Numbered from the stretch's first letter, positions 9,466 to 20,224 are shown. The stretch is DNA of 64,000 bases from an uncultured archaeon (GCA_964347045.1 CAYFXC010000010.1:17312-81311); one strand, 5' to 3'. The notes: a model not told the origin generated them from the letters alone. Numbers and translations are program-made.

Positions 9466-9503
9466 AAGGGGAAGGGGGAGGATATTAGGAGGGGGAAGGG
9501 GAA
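9466..9503. repeat. Perfect 18-nt polypurine mirror repeat / G-quadruplex motif
   Basis: AAGGGGAAGGGGGAGGAT-AT-TAGGAGGGGGAAGGGGAA. Confidence 0.85.
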
Positions 9504-9516
9504 AACTTGATAAAAA

Positions 9517-9732
9517 TTAGAAGACTTCACGTCCGTAGGATTTTGCATAACCACGTTGATAGGTACACAAAGCAAGGATTGCTGTAACTATAACGACGAT
9601 GAAGCAGATGGATCCGATGATAAGGGGTATAATTTCAAGGATGGGGAGATAGGGGCCAGCAATTAAAAAAATCATTCCAATGATGGCGAAAATCACGGCG
9701 ATTGCCACTAACCTATCTGCATTTAGTTCCAT
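9517..9732 (-). CDS. Small 2-TM membrane protein
   Basis: Two hydrophobic helices; directly downstream of the aminotransferase. Confidence 0.75.
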   Translation of the reverse strand: MELNADRLVAIAVIFAIIGMIFLIAGPYLPILEIIPLIIGSICFIVVIVTAILALCTYQRGYAKSYGREVF

Positions 9733-9757
9733 GTATAATCACAGTAATTTCAATTTA

Positions 9758-11101
9758 CTATTTAACAGATTTCACTGCTTTCTCGAACCGTTCAAGAGCG
9801 ATATTAATTTGTTCAGTAGTAATTGTGAGAGGAGGAATAAATCGGATGCTACTTCGACCTGCACCGAGAATCCAAAGGCGCTGTTTGTTTACACAATTAT
9901 TTATGACAGCATCACGTTTCTGGGAGTCAATGGAGTTTGATTTCTTTTCGGTGACAATTTCAACTGCACACATGAGACCACGCCCACGAACATCACCAAC
10001 GATATTACTAGTTTCTTTAATTTCGTTGAGACCTTTTAGTAATTGTCGACCACGTTTTGCCGCGTTTTCTATTAGTCTATCCCGCTCAATGGTACGAATA
10101 ACCGAAAGAGAGAGAAGGGAAACATAGGGTTCAGCACCAAAAGTTTCAGAATGACGGCTAAAGTCAGTGAATAAAGGTTTAGGTCCAATTGCAGCCCCAA
10201 ACGGGAATCCACTACCTAAGGCTTTGGCGGTACAGATATACTCAGGGATAATGTCGCCATGCTCGATACTCCACCACTTTCCGGTACGACCAAGTCCAGC
10301 TTGCACTTCATCACTGATAATCTTTGTACCAAGTTCATCTGCGAGGTTCCGAATTTCTTTAAACCATTTGATGGGAGCAGGAATAATTCCGCCCTCACCG
10401 CAAATAGGTTCTAAGACGATTGCAGCAATGTCTTTGCCTCCGTATTCAATACTATCACGAAGATAACTGACACATTCTAGACTACAGCTTTTTTCTTCTT
10501 GACCAAATGGACACCGGAAACAATACGGATATGGTCCTCGTATCACATCAAGCCCCTGGGGATAGAAGTCCTTATGAGCATGTTTACTTGCCGTCAAAGC
10601 AAGTGCATACCCTGTTCGTCCATGGAAGGCTGGGCGAAACGCGATAAATCGAAATCGATGTGTTGTGTCCATAACAGATTTTACTGCCGATTCAACAGCA
10701 CGTCCACCACTGGTTGTAAAAAAGACTTCTTTTTCATGATCTCCAGGTGTAATACCTGTTAACCTTTCAGCCAGTAGTGTTTGAGGGATAAGGTCAAAAT
10801 CATGACCAGGAACCTCACGTAAATAGTCATTAATTCGGTGTTCGAAATCTTTGACAATCGGATTTCGAATTCCAAGAGCACGAACCGCTACTCCCGCGGT
10901 CACATCCAGATACTGTTTCCCTTTCAAATCGTAAATCCATGGGCCTTCACCTTGAGTATGATCAACGACGGGATAGATATCACGGCTTTGAGTCGTTTTT
11001 GCAACGACCTGTTCTGCCCGTTGAACCCATTCTTTACTGCTTTTGGTGATATTCAAATCAGGGCACAGTTCTTTTAATAGCTCTTCAGCGTCACGTTTCA
11101 T
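9758..11101 (-). CDS. Class III PLP aminotransferase (GabT/ArgD-like)
   Basis: FHGRT, EPICGEGG, SDEVQAGLGRTG, AKALGSG, DVRGRGLM. Confidence 0.92.
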   Translation of the reverse strand: MKRDAEELLKELCPDLNITKSSKEWVQRAEQVVAKTTQSRDIYPVVDHTQGEGPWIYDLKGKQYLDVTAGVAVRALGIRNPIVKDFEHRINDYLREVPGHDFDLIPQTLLAERLTGITPGDHEKEVFFTTSGGRAVESAVKSVMDTTHRFRFIAFRPAFHGRTGYALALTASKHAHKDFYPQGLDVIRGPYPYCFRCPFGQEEKSCSLECVSYLRDSIEYGGKDIAAIVLEPICGEGGIIPAPIKWFKEIRNLADELGTKIISDEVQAGLGRTGKWWSIEHGDIIPEYICTAKALGSGFPFGAAIGPKPLFTDFSRHSETFGAEPYVSLLSLSVIRTIERDRLIENAAKRGRQLLKGLNEIKETSNIVGDVRGRGLMCAVEIVTEKKSNSIDSQKRDAVINNCVNKQRLWILGAGRSSIRFIPPLTITTEQINIALERFEKAVKSVK

Positions 11102-11249
11102 CTTTAACCAGCAACCTAGAATACGTGTTTGCGTAAAGGAAATTATAGGCTCTATTTAAGTTCCTGCTATTCGACAACACGAACTACCTTATTCTATCAT
11201 GTTCATACTTGATTAGTTAAATAGAGCCTTGATGCTTTGAATATACGCA

Positions 11250-12779
11250 ATGAAACCAAGCTCGCGTGTAATGGCTTTAATATATTTTCTAATTGGCTTT
11301 GGTTTGATGTTGCTGGGAATGATAAATGAATTTCTTTTGGGAGCAATATTTCCTAGCGAGGTAATGCAACATTTGTATTTGCAAGGAGGATTTCTCATCC
11401 TCATTATTCTATGCTTTACAGGGGGTATCATGTTAATCCGTCGGAGCCTATTTGAGCAATGGCGATACCGGTACGACAGCATTATTTACATCATTGCAGC
11501 TTTGATCTGTCTAGCTTCTGCAATTCAGACCATTCTTGGGCTGCAAATCGGTCATCCCTACTTGGAGCTAGCTGAAACAAACCTTATTCTAATGAATCTG
11601 CTTTGGATTTTCGTACTCCCTCCTTTGAATCCATGGATAATGACAACTCTTAGTGTTGGGTTCGCTATTGTTGCATGGATGAACGCTAAAGTCTATCCAC
11701 CAAATCCACCAAATCCATCACTAATTGATGAGACACCAGTTGAACGTAGTGACGAAAACCCCCAACAATGGTGGGATATTCTTGGTGGGCTAACACGAGT
11801 TTCTGTCTGGCTCGGATCACTTTTTCTCGTTATCCTTAGTTTTCTTATTCTTGGTAGCCCACCACTTAGTCCTCCTCCCGATATCCCGCTTCATCAACCT
11901 TTTTTTTGGCTTAGGCTATTTGTAGGTCTTATTTCGGTGAGCCTTCTGAATTCAGCGGCTTTCATTCTAAACCAGATTGGAGATGTAGATACTGACCAGC
12001 TAGATTTAAGTAAAGCCCGACTTCCTGTGAGTGCTGGGCGAATAACAAGAAATCAGGCAGCACTTCTCGCTGTTGGTTTTATAATAATAGGTTTAATTAT
12101 GGCGCTTTCACTTGGATTTGCTTTTTTTAGCATTATATGTTTTATCTTCATTTTTGCAATAATCTATTCTTTTCCACCACTTCGGCTTAAAGGCCGACCG
12201 TTTTTTGATTTACTAATAATTGGACTCGGATTTGGCACCTGGGCGGTTCTCACGGCATGGGGAATTTTAACTATCCGATCTTTTTTTTATGTACTATTAA
12301 ATCCTGGACCTGAAATTCCTCTTATTCTTCTGATAGGAGCAGGATTCTTCTATGCCGGAACCCACGGTATTCATACGGCTTCCGATTATGATGCAGACGC
12401 GGCGGCAGGTGTGAAAACTACAGCAGTTCATGTCGGATTCAGAAAAGCAACTAAATTAGGGATTAGTCTCATTGCGTTGGGGCTTGTTATGCTCTATATT
12501 GCTGTGGGATATTTCACACACTTGTTTTGGTATGGACTTCTCAAGTACAAGAGCATCTTTTTACTCATTTTCCTTGGACTCCCCTTTTTTACCTTATTTG
12601 AGCAGTTTCGTGTTTGGCAACAATCAAAGATTTCAAGTGGATATGATTTACGATTTCTTCAGCGTAGGGGGCGTTGGGTTACCTATCTACTTTTTCTGAT
12701 CTTGTTGTTCTATCTAGTCTTATACGTATTCATTTTCTATCCCACATATTATCCTCACTATTTCTTTCCATGGACGTAG
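11250..12779 (+). CDS. UbiA family prenyltransferase with N-terminal 4-TM extension
   Basis: NQIGDVDTD...RLPVSAG, YSFPPLRLK, DYDADAAAGVKTTA motifs. Confidence 0.85.
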   Translation: MKPSSRVMALIYFLIGFGLMLLGMINEFLLGAIFPSEVMQHLYLQGGFLILIILCFTGGIMLIRRSLFEQWRYRYDSIIYIIAALICLASAIQTILGLQIGHPYLELAETNLILMNLLWIFVLPPLNPWIMTTLSVGFAIVAWMNAKVYPPNPPNPSLIDETPVERSDENPQQWWDILGGLTRVSVWLGSLFLVILSFLILGSPPLSPPPDIPLHQPFFWLRLFVGLISVSLLNSAAFILNQIGDVDTDQLDLSKARLPVSAGRITRNQAALLAVGFIIIGLIMALSLGFAFFSIICFIFIFAIIYSFPPLRLKGRPFFDLLIIGLGFGTWAVLTAWGILTIRSFFYVLLNPGPEIPLILLIGAGFFYAGTHGIHTASDYDADAAAGVKTTAVHVGFRKATKLGISLIALGLVMLYIAVGYFTHLFWYGLLKYKSIFLLIFLGLPFFTLFEQFRVWQQSKISSGYDLRFLQRRGRWVTYLLFLILLFYLVLYVFIFYPTYYPHYFFPWT

Positions 12780-12846
12780 AAACTCTAGTTAGTGGTGCCA
12801 AAGCTTTATTTCATCAGTCTTGTAATTGGACGGCTGAGGAAGTATC

Positions 12847-13509
12847 GTGACCCCTCGTGGATTGGTTGCCTTTGATTTGGATGGAACCTTAGTCAGAATT
12901 TGGAGCGCTTGGAGTTGGATTCACAAACTCCTTGGAACAGCAGATGCAGCAAAACCTAATGCCGACTTATATTATAGAGGAGAAATCGATTATACTCGTT
13001 GGGCAGAATTGGATGTTGAATTGTGGCATGGAATCGCACTCAACCGAATTGAGAAGGCAATTGATGAGGGATTGATTTTCATTCCGAATGTGAAGATCTT
13101 GATCGATAAACTTCACAGGTCTGGATTGAAAACCGCAATAATAAGTTCGGGGCTCGATATGTTTGCTAATCGTGCTCAAGAAGTGCTGGGTATTGATATC
13201 AGTAAGGCAAACAAACTGGTATGCGATAAGTACGGAAATATTAGTGGTGTCGAAGTTCATGTAGCCTTTGATAATAAGGATCAGATACTGATTGAAATTG
13301 CACAAGAACTTGACCAGCCTCTTTTGCATTGCGCAGCTGTTGGTGATTCAGCGAATGATATCCCAATGTTTCACATAGCTGGCTTTTCAATTGCATTCAA
13401 TCCATCGAATGATGATGTTGCTCAAGCTGCTACAAGGATTGTTAAAAGTGAAGACGCTTTAGATTTGCTTCCTCCATTGCTTGAGTATTTTCAGCTCGAT
13501 TTGTTTTAA
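12847..13509 (+). CDS. HAD-IB phosphatase (phosphoserine phosphatase-like)
   Basis: FDLDGTL, ISSG, K, VGDSANDIPM, IAFNP. Confidence 0.88.
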   Translation: MTPRGLVAFDLDGTLVRIWSAWSWIHKLLGTADAAKPNADLYYRGEIDYTRWAELDVELWHGIALNRIEKAIDEGLIFIPNVKILIDKLHRSGLKTAIISSGLDMFANRAQEVLGIDISKANKLVCDKYGNISGVEVHVAFDNKDQILIEIAQELDQPLLHCAAVGDSANDIPMFHIAGFSIAFNPSNDDVAQAATRIVKSEDALDLLPPLLEYFQLDLF

Positions 13510-13614
13510 ATCGGACAAGATAAGGTCTATCGCTAGACTTTAATGTCGGAATTGAGGGGTATTTAGAACCATCATAATTTTGGTTGGGTAGGCATCAAGT
13601 AGGAGTGAAATAGC

Positions 13615-15369
13615 ATGAGCCAGCAAACTCTAATTGACGCTAGTATGGGTCGGATCAAAGCGGATGTCGTTATTACAGACGTTCAACCCATTGATGTTAT
13701 CTCTCGAGAAATCCTCGAAGGTGGCATTGCAATCAAAGAAGATACTATTTGTCGTATTGGCGATGTTTCAGATCTCATTGGAAATAAAACAAAGGTCATC
13801 AAGGGATTAGGCCGGTATGCAGCGCCTGCCTTTATCGAGTCACACATCCATGTCGAAAGTACTATGCTTACTTTAACAGAGTTTGCACGCGCAACAATTC
13901 CCCATGGCACGGGAACAGCGATAATAGATCCCCATGAGATTGCTAACGTTACCGGAATTAGAGGACTAGAAATTTTCATGGAAGAAGCACGATCCCTTCC
14001 ACTTCGAATCCTCATGGAAGTTCCTAGTTGTGTTCCTGCGGCTTCAACTAAACTAGAGACAAGCGGGGCTCGGTTAGACGCTTTCACAGTTGATCGACTA
14101 CTCCAAGACCCTATGGTTATTGGACTCGGAGAAGTCATGAATATTTCTGCAGTATTGAACAACGATGAAGAAATCCATTTGAAAATCCAATTTGCGCGTA
14201 GTCAAGGTAAAGTAGTCGAAGGACACGCCCCGGGATTGAAGGGGAAGAAACTCAACGCCTATATTGCTGCAGGCATTATGTCGGACCATGAATGCGAGAC
14301 AGCTGCAGAAGCGGTAGATCGTCTTCATTTGGGTATGACAGTAATGGCAAGAGAGGGATCCATTACTCGAAATATGTTGGATATTCTTCTTCCTCTCTAC
14401 AAAGAAGGTCGGGATCTCCGAAATGCCACAATCTGTTCAGATGATTTATCACCTGTTGAATTAGCGGATATAGGCCATCTTGACAGGAATCTTCGACGTG
14501 CAATTGACGCGGGTATAGATCCTTTAGTTGCGATACAACTCGTAACGTCAAATCCAGCGCGTTTCTTTAAGCTTCCACGAGTTGGACATCTAGCCCCGGG
14601 GAATATGGGAGACATCGTTCTCATTGATGACCTAAAAAAAGTCAATGTAGATTTGGTTTTACTTCGAGGAAGAGTTGTTGCTAAAAAAGAACGATTAACT
14701 GTGAACCTTCCAAAGTTTGAGTACCCACAAGATATGAGAAGTACCATTCGATTTGGTGGTATTCCCACAGTACTCAACTATATGATTTCCGCAAAAGATG
14801 GGAAACATAATGTTAGGGTCATTAGGGCTCATGAAGGAAGTCTATTAACAGATTCTGAGACTCATTTACTTGAAGCTGTAGATGGATATATTCAACCGGA
14901 TCCAGATAGGGATATATTAACAATTGCTGTCACCGAACGATACATGAAAGGTGGTAATATCGGTGTGGGCTTCATACGGGGTTTTGGATTGAAGCAAGGT
15001 GCAATCGCAAGTAGCATCGCCCATGACAGCCATAACATTATTACCGTCGCTACGACTCCAGAAGACGCTTTAATGGCCGTAAGTACTGTTTCACAAACTA
15101 TGGGTGGGATTACAGCAACAAAAGGACGCAAAACACTTGCCTCTTTACCTTTACCGATTGCAGGTGTAATAACTGACGAACCGGTTGACAAAGTTGCTCG
15201 GAAGCTTCAAGCCGTACGCGCAGCAGCACATGATCTTGGCTGTACACTTGAACATCCTTTCCTTACATTGAGTTTCATGGCTCTCCCAGTGATTCCTACT
15301 TTGAAAATCACAGATAAAGGCATGGTCGATGCTAAAGAGATGAAAATCGTCCCCACCGTTATTGATTAA
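13615..15369 (+). CDS. ade: Adenine deaminase
   Basis: HIHVES, DPHEIANV, GHAPG, DHE, SDD, AHDSHN. Confidence 0.95.
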   Translation: MSQQTLIDASMGRIKADVVITDVQPIDVISREILEGGIAIKEDTICRIGDVSDLIGNKTKVIKGLGRYAAPAFIESHIHVESTMLTLTEFARATIPHGTGTAIIDPHEIANVTGIRGLEIFMEEARSLPLRILMEVPSCVPAASTKLETSGARLDAFTVDRLLQDPMVIGLGEVMNISAVLNNDEEIHLKIQFARSQGKVVEGHAPGLKGKKLNAYIAAGIMSDHECETAAEAVDRLHLGMTVMAREGSITRNMLDILLPLYKEGRDLRNATICSDDLSPVELADIGHLDRNLRRAIDAGIDPLVAIQLVTSNPARFFKLPRVGHLAPGNMGDIVLIDDLKKVNVDLVLLRGRVVAKKERLTVNLPKFEYPQDMRSTIRFGGIPTVLNYMISAKDGKHNVRVIRAHEGSLLTDSETHLLEAVDGYIQPDPDRDILTIAVTERYMKGGNIGVGFIRGFGLKQGAIASSIAHDSHNIITVATTPEDALMAVSTVSQTMGGITATKGRKTLASLPLPIAGVITDEPVDKVARKLQAVRAAAHDLGCTLEHPFLTLSFMALPVIPTLKITDKGMVDAKEMKIVPTVID

Positions 15370-15482
15370 GTGGCTTAGATTCTTGATAGAAGAAACTTTA
15401 GAAACTCACATTATGATTAACTGACTCCAAATGCTTTTTAGGCTCAATTCACAATCGACCATTAGACTGGAGGCACACTTTC

Positions 15483-16154
15483 ATGTCATGGACTCTTCTC
15501 CTTGCAAATCTTGCGCCCTTGTTCCTTGGCTTAGGTGCAATGGCAGCTTTCGCTTGGTTCCTAGACAACCTCATGGGTGAAACTTATCAACCCAGTAGAA
15601 GTGGAAAAAACGATGAAGAAGGTAAAGGTGAGCCCGAGCCGACTATTGATTGGCGACGGGGCATCGTTCGTCTTATCGGACTTATCGGAATCCCTATGGG
15701 GATCTTATGCTTTGTTTCATTTGCAGCAATTCTACTCACTCCCGGCCAAAATCTTTGGGGAGATCCCCTAACCCTCTTTCTCTTGGCATGGATGGGTATT
15801 GCATTATTTCTTACACCTATTAACAAATTACCCTGGGCGGCACTTATTGGTTTAGCGGCGGGCTTGATTGCAGTTATTGCCGTAGTAGCCTTGGCACCTT
15901 TTATCCCAGAAATCATTACCCAGCAAATACCACTCAAATATATCCTTATTGGGATATTCATTATAGTTGGAGTGGTTGTATTTACCCTCTTCAAGTGGGC
16001 GGAAAACGTCTTAGATTTAATCACGAGCATTATGGGTTCTCGACCCTTCTTACTAATCCTGACCTTCATTGCACTTGCTCAAGCTATCGCCCTTCCTGTT
16101 GTTTGGATTGTATTTGGTTCACATGGAGGACTTCTTTGGTTCTTCTTCCACTAA
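15483..16154 (+). CDS. Multi-pass membrane protein
   Basis: About 6 hydrophobic segments; GGAGG SD. Confidence 0.8.
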   Translation: MSWTLLLANLAPLFLGLGAMAAFAWFLDNLMGETYQPSRSGKNDEEGKGEPEPTIDWRRGIVRLIGLIGIPMGILCFVSFAAILLTPGQNLWGDPLTLFLLAWMGIALFLTPINKLPWAALIGLAAGLIAVIAVVALAPFIPEIITQQIPLKYILIGIFIIVGVVVFTLFKWAENVLDLITSIMGSRPFLLILTFIALAQAIALPVVWIVFGSHGGLLWFFFH

Positions 16155-16163
16155 GTATCTACT

Positions 16164-17633
16164 TCAACCTTCGATGAAATACGCAGGTGGAAGAGGAATT
16201 GGTAGGAAGAAGAGGCGAAAGAGAAGATAGCCTGTTCCTATAAGCAAATATAATACGAACATGATAGCCCCTGTCCGTAGAAATGTTCCGTACGAAATTG
16301 GACGGTTCTCCTTATTTGCCACCGTCATTGTCATAACATTCGCAACACTTGCTATGGGAGTTAACGCCCCACCAAGAACTGCACCCGCAATAAGCGCTGA
16401 CCAAATTGCTCCACCAGGATTACTACCTAAGGAAAGTTGGAATTGGGTTAAAGAATCAGCAACCGGTATCAGAGTGGCTGTTACTGGAATATTATCTATA
16501 GCTCCACTAGTAAATCCTGTCATCCAAAGCATTGAAATTGTAGCCGCTGCTGGACTTCCCTGAGTGAGAACTGAAATGGCAGCTCCAATATATGTCAAGA
16601 CCCAAAACTCCTCCATACATCCAACGATGATGAACAACCCAATAAAGAAGAAAAGGGCAGTCCATTCTACCCCTTTGAAAATCCGTTCTGTAGGAATTCC
16701 ACTTAATAGCACAAAAAGTATTGCCATTACAAAAGCAACAACCCAAGTAAAGCCAGCGCCACCAAACACTATAAACCCAACAATCATAGCTACAAAGAGG
16801 ATTGCAGTGCGGTAGAAGACATTCCGATCCTCAACCATCGTCCACGCATCGAGAGCCATCAAATCATTAACTCGACTGGGGCGAGGAGTTGTTAACCACT
16901 TTCGAAATATACGGAGTGCGACAAAACCGGTTACCCCCAACAGCATTAATCCTAAGGGAAGAAGCGTTGTAGCAAACCAAATGAAATCATAGAAAGTTGC
17001 TCCAGCCACGAGCATGCAGGGTACACTAGCAATTACTGTCGTGATTCCCCCTGCGTTACCGCTCATGGCATTAGCGATAAGATATGGTGTGGGATTTTGT
17101 TCCAAGGCATCACAGGCTAGGATGGTTAATGGTCCAATTATTAGTACGGTTGTCGCCAGCACTGTAGACATAGCAAAAGTTATTCCACAGAAAATTAAGA
17201 GAAGCCTCCGAGGGGAACCTTTACTAAAACTGAGGGCTTTCACGGCAATGAATTGAAACAGCCCTGAATCTTTCGCAATCTCGGTAATGACCATTAGGGA
17301 GAGAATTACGATGATGGTTGAAAGGTCAACCCATTCACCAAAAAAGTGAGCAAAGACCTCGGCATTAAAAACTACTGGTAATAGTTGATAGGTTAATGCT
17401 AATTCCGTGAAGTGCGCATATTCTGCGCTGTCGGGGAGGAAGTTGTTTGCTAGGTCTGTATAGATTTGTATTTGTGAGATTCGCCAAGGTTCCCAAATTT
17501 GAACAAAATAAATAATGGTGATAGAGGCACCAATTAGGGCGGCAATTGTGTGGTCTGTCACATCGAATGTAATCATTATAATGACCGCGATAAAGACGAG
17601 AATGATAAAAACAGCTGGATAGATCATGATCAT
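16164..17633 (-). CDS. ArsB/NhaD (SLC13/P-protein-like) permease
   Basis: DSGLFQFIA, VEWTALFFFIGLF, DNIPVT, LGGALTPIASVAN. Confidence 0.88.
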   Translation of the reverse strand: MIMIYPAVFIILVFIAVIIMITFDVTDHTIAALIGASITIIYFVQIWEPWRISQIQIYTDLANNFLPDSAEYAHFTELALTYQLLPVVFNAEVFAHFFGEWVDLSTIIVILSLMVITEIAKDSGLFQFIAVKALSFSKGSPRRLLLIFCGITFAMSTVLATTVLIIGPLTILACDALEQNPTPYLIANAMSGNAGGITTVIASVPCMLVAGATFYDFIWFATTLLPLGLMLLGVTGFVALRIFRKWLTTPRPSRVNDLMALDAWTMVEDRNVFYRTAILFVAMIVGFIVFGGAGFTWVVAFVMAILFVLLSGIPTERIFKGVEWTALFFFIGLFIIVGCMEEFWVLTYIGAAISVLTQGSPAAATISMLWMTGFTSGAIDNIPVTATLIPVADSLTQFQLSLGSNPGGAIWSALIAGAVLGGALTPIASVANVMTMTVANKENRPISYGTFLRTGAIMFVLYLLIGTGYLLFRLFFLPIPLPPAYFIEG

Positions 17634-17748
17634 TTTGTATCGCCTAACTCGCGGAGCTTTAACTCGTTATCACTATGTACATCTTTGGTTAATTTAGGGG
17701 CAGTTGGCAAATAAGCTTTTCACTAGTTAATTCCTTTACAAAATTACG

Positions 17749-19137
17749 CTAAGAAACAAATGGTGCGGGGATTGGGAAAATAGAGAGCCGAAAGAGCAGA
17801 TATAGTGTGCTGAAAAAGAGAAATAGCAGCGTTAGAATAACTCCTGTGATAAGGAATTGTCGTTTTGGTAGAGGCCGTTCTTCTTTATCAGCAATAGATA
17901 CTGCAAGAACATTTGCCGCACTAGCAATAGGAGTGAGACAGCCCCCCAGAACCGCACCAGCTAGCAATGAAGCCCAAAGGCTTCCTTCTGGAATTGGTAA
18001 TGGTCCCATTGTAAGAATTTCAACAACAGGAATGAAAGTTAGGGTTACAGGTATATTATCAACAAACCCAGATGTAAGCCCTGAAATCCAAACCATTAAT
18101 GTTGTAGCAATGAAAGGGCTGCCAAAGGTCAGAAGCGCAAGGACATGACCAATAGCGTCTAGAACGCGAAATTCTTCAAGAAGACCAACGAGAAAGAATA
18201 GACCAATGAAAAAAAAGAGCGCTGACCATTCAATTTCCTTTAAGATTTGACCTGGTCGAATACCACTCAAAACAACAAAAAGGAGCGCACCCCCCAAAGC
18301 AACTAAAAACGTTAGACCTGCAGATCCCAATACAATAAAACCGACTACAATAAGAATCAGCAGAAAGGCTGTTCGGTAAAAAACCATTCGATTTGGAACC
18401 ATCTCCCAGGGATCCAATTCCATCAGATCTTCAACACGTGATTGTTTTGGAATGATTAAGTCTTTTTTAAAAAGCCGTAACACTACAAAGAGCATAATTG
18501 CTAGGAGAAGCAACCCAAGGGGCATTATATCGAGGATAAACCATTGAAAGTTGTATAAAGTTGCTCCAGCGATGAGCATCGCAGGTACACTAGCAATCAG
18601 AGATGTAATTCCTCCAACGTTTGCTGCTAAGGCGATTGAAATAAGAAATGGCGCAGGATTGATCTCTAAAGCGTCACAGGCAAGAAAAGTCAATGTACCC
18701 ATAATTAACATAGTGGTTATTTGTGTAAGTACTGTAGTCATTGCGAAGCTTAGACCACACATAATGACAAGAAGTCTTCGAGTATCTCCACGACTGAATT
18801 TTATTGATTTAATCGCGATATATTGAAAGAATCCAGAATCTTTGGTCACTTCAGTGATAATCATCATCGAAAGAATTAGAATTAGAGTAGGCAGATCTAC
18901 CCATTTATTAAAAAAGTAAGCGAATACTATCGCGTTAAAGGTGGGCGGTAAAAGGTCATAATTTGCACCCGGATCAACAGTAATAATGATTTCGCGCCAA
19001 GAGGACCAGATAATTGCTAAATAAAAGATCGCAATAGTCGCTCCAATCAGGGCGGCAGCAGTGTGATCAATCACATCCATCATTATCAGGAGTATAATTG
19101 CAACGAACAAAACAATTGCAAAAACTGCAGGATACAT
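17749..19137 (-). CDS. ArsB/NhaD (SLC13/P-protein-like) permease, tandem paralog
   Basis: DSGFFQYIA, IEWSALFFFIGLF, DNIPVT, LGGCLTPIASAAN. Confidence 0.88.
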   Translation of the reverse strand: MYPAVFAIVLFVAIILLIMMDVIDHTAAALIGATIAIFYLAIIWSSWREIIITVDPGANYDLLPPTFNAIVFAYFFNKWVDLPTLILILSMMIITEVTKDSGFFQYIAIKSIKFSRGDTRRLLVIMCGLSFAMTTVLTQITTMLIMGTLTFLACDALEINPAPFLISIALAANVGGITSLIASVPAMLIAGATLYNFQWFILDIMPLGLLLLAIMLFVVLRLFKKDLIIPKQSRVEDLMELDPWEMVPNRMVFYRTAFLLILIVVGFIVLGSAGLTFLVALGGALLFVVLSGIRPGQILKEIEWSALFFFIGLFFLVGLLEEFRVLDAIGHVLALLTFGSPFIATTLMVWISGLTSGFVDNIPVTLTFIPVVEILTMGPLPIPEGSLWASLLAGAVLGGCLTPIASAANVLAVSIADKEERPLPKRQFLITGVILTLLFLFFSTLYLLFRLSIFPIPAPFVS

Positions 19138-19158
19138 ATTCGGAACCTTTCACCCCTA

Positions 19159-19977
19159 TCAAAGCGAATTACTGAACTCAGCAATAGCTTCTACAAGTTC
19201 TTCAGGTTGTTCCAGTTGGATACTATGGCTGGTCTTATCGATGAGTTTGATGGAAACGTTGGGCAAATTTTCTTTGTAAAAGTCAGCCCAACGTGGTGGA
19301 AAAGTTTTGTCCTGAGCACCAAAGATTACTAACGTTGGGAGATGAATTTCATTGATCCGATCTTGAACATTAAATTTTGCTGCAGCTCCTTGCGCACTCC
19401 CATGACTATTTGCAAGACGTTGACTTTCTTCAGCATGAAAAACCAGAAAATCTACCATTCCAGGGGTATTTCGGATTTTCTCTGAATTGTAGAATTCAAA
19501 ATCGAGGAGCTTCATAACTGCTTCTTTGGGTGTGAGCCCATAGGCTAGTTTGCCAAGTTCAATTTGGGCTATAGCACCTTCAACATCTACCATTGGTGCA
19601 GTTGCAATTAGAATTAATCCCTTGAGACGATCAGGCACATCAAGTGCCATTTGTTGGGCAATAAATCCACCTAAACTATGCCCTGCAACTATGGACTGCT
19701 CGATTTCAAGATGATCAAGGAGTGCAACCATATCGTCTTTGAAAAGTTCAACTGTACTTGGTTCGGTAAGTTCAGTCGAGTGACCATGTCCACGAATTTC
19801 GGGCATGATAGTTTGGAAATGATTTCGGATATGTGGACGAACGAACTCCCAATTTCGAATTGTTCCACGAACTCCATGGATAAGAAGCAATGGTTCACCG
19901 TCTCCATCAATTTCATAATAGATTTTCGCAGCATTTACTTCAGCATAGGGCATCGAATTTACCTCCTGAAACAACAA
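19159..19977 (-). CDS. Alpha/beta hydrolase
   Basis: LIHG, RGHGHS, GHSLGG nucleophile elbow, Asp and His; start may be the second Met. Confidence 0.92.
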   Translation of the reverse strand: MLFQEVNSMPYAEVNAAKIYYEIDGDGEPLLLIHGVRGTIRNWEFVRPHIRNHFQTIMPEIRGHGHSTELTEPSTVELFKDDMVALLDHLEIEQSIVAGHSLGGFIAQQMALDVPDRLKGLILIATAPMVDVEGAIAQIELGKLAYGLTPKEAVMKLLDFEFYNSEKIRNTPGMVDFLVFHAEESQRLANSHGSAQGAAAKFNVQDRINEIHLPTLVIFGAQDKTFPPRWADFYKENLPNVSIKLIDKTSHSIQLEQPEELVEAIAEFSNSL

Positions 19978-20224
19978 ACCAATTAGAGCTAAAGTGCATT
20001 TTCATTATTTATTAATATTCAACCCAAGGGAAGAGATTAGACGCAGTCTTATGTTGCTAATATTTGGTCCTAAAAACTCGTCATTTTCACGAAATTTTAG
20101 CACGCATATTCGTTGCCGAAAAAGCAAATCCTAATAACATTTGATTTGTCAAATTTTAATAAGACAGAACATCAATCATTGAAAATACGTGATTGAATTC
20201 TGCATATTCTGGAGGTTCCAGCTA

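Noticed and set aside
9702-10127. Antisense/shadow ORFs in the track (also e.g. 13683-14162, 15587-16069, 32121-32609, 37012-37386, 42467-42940)
   Set aside because: They overlap well-supported genes on the opposite strand and carry no motifs.
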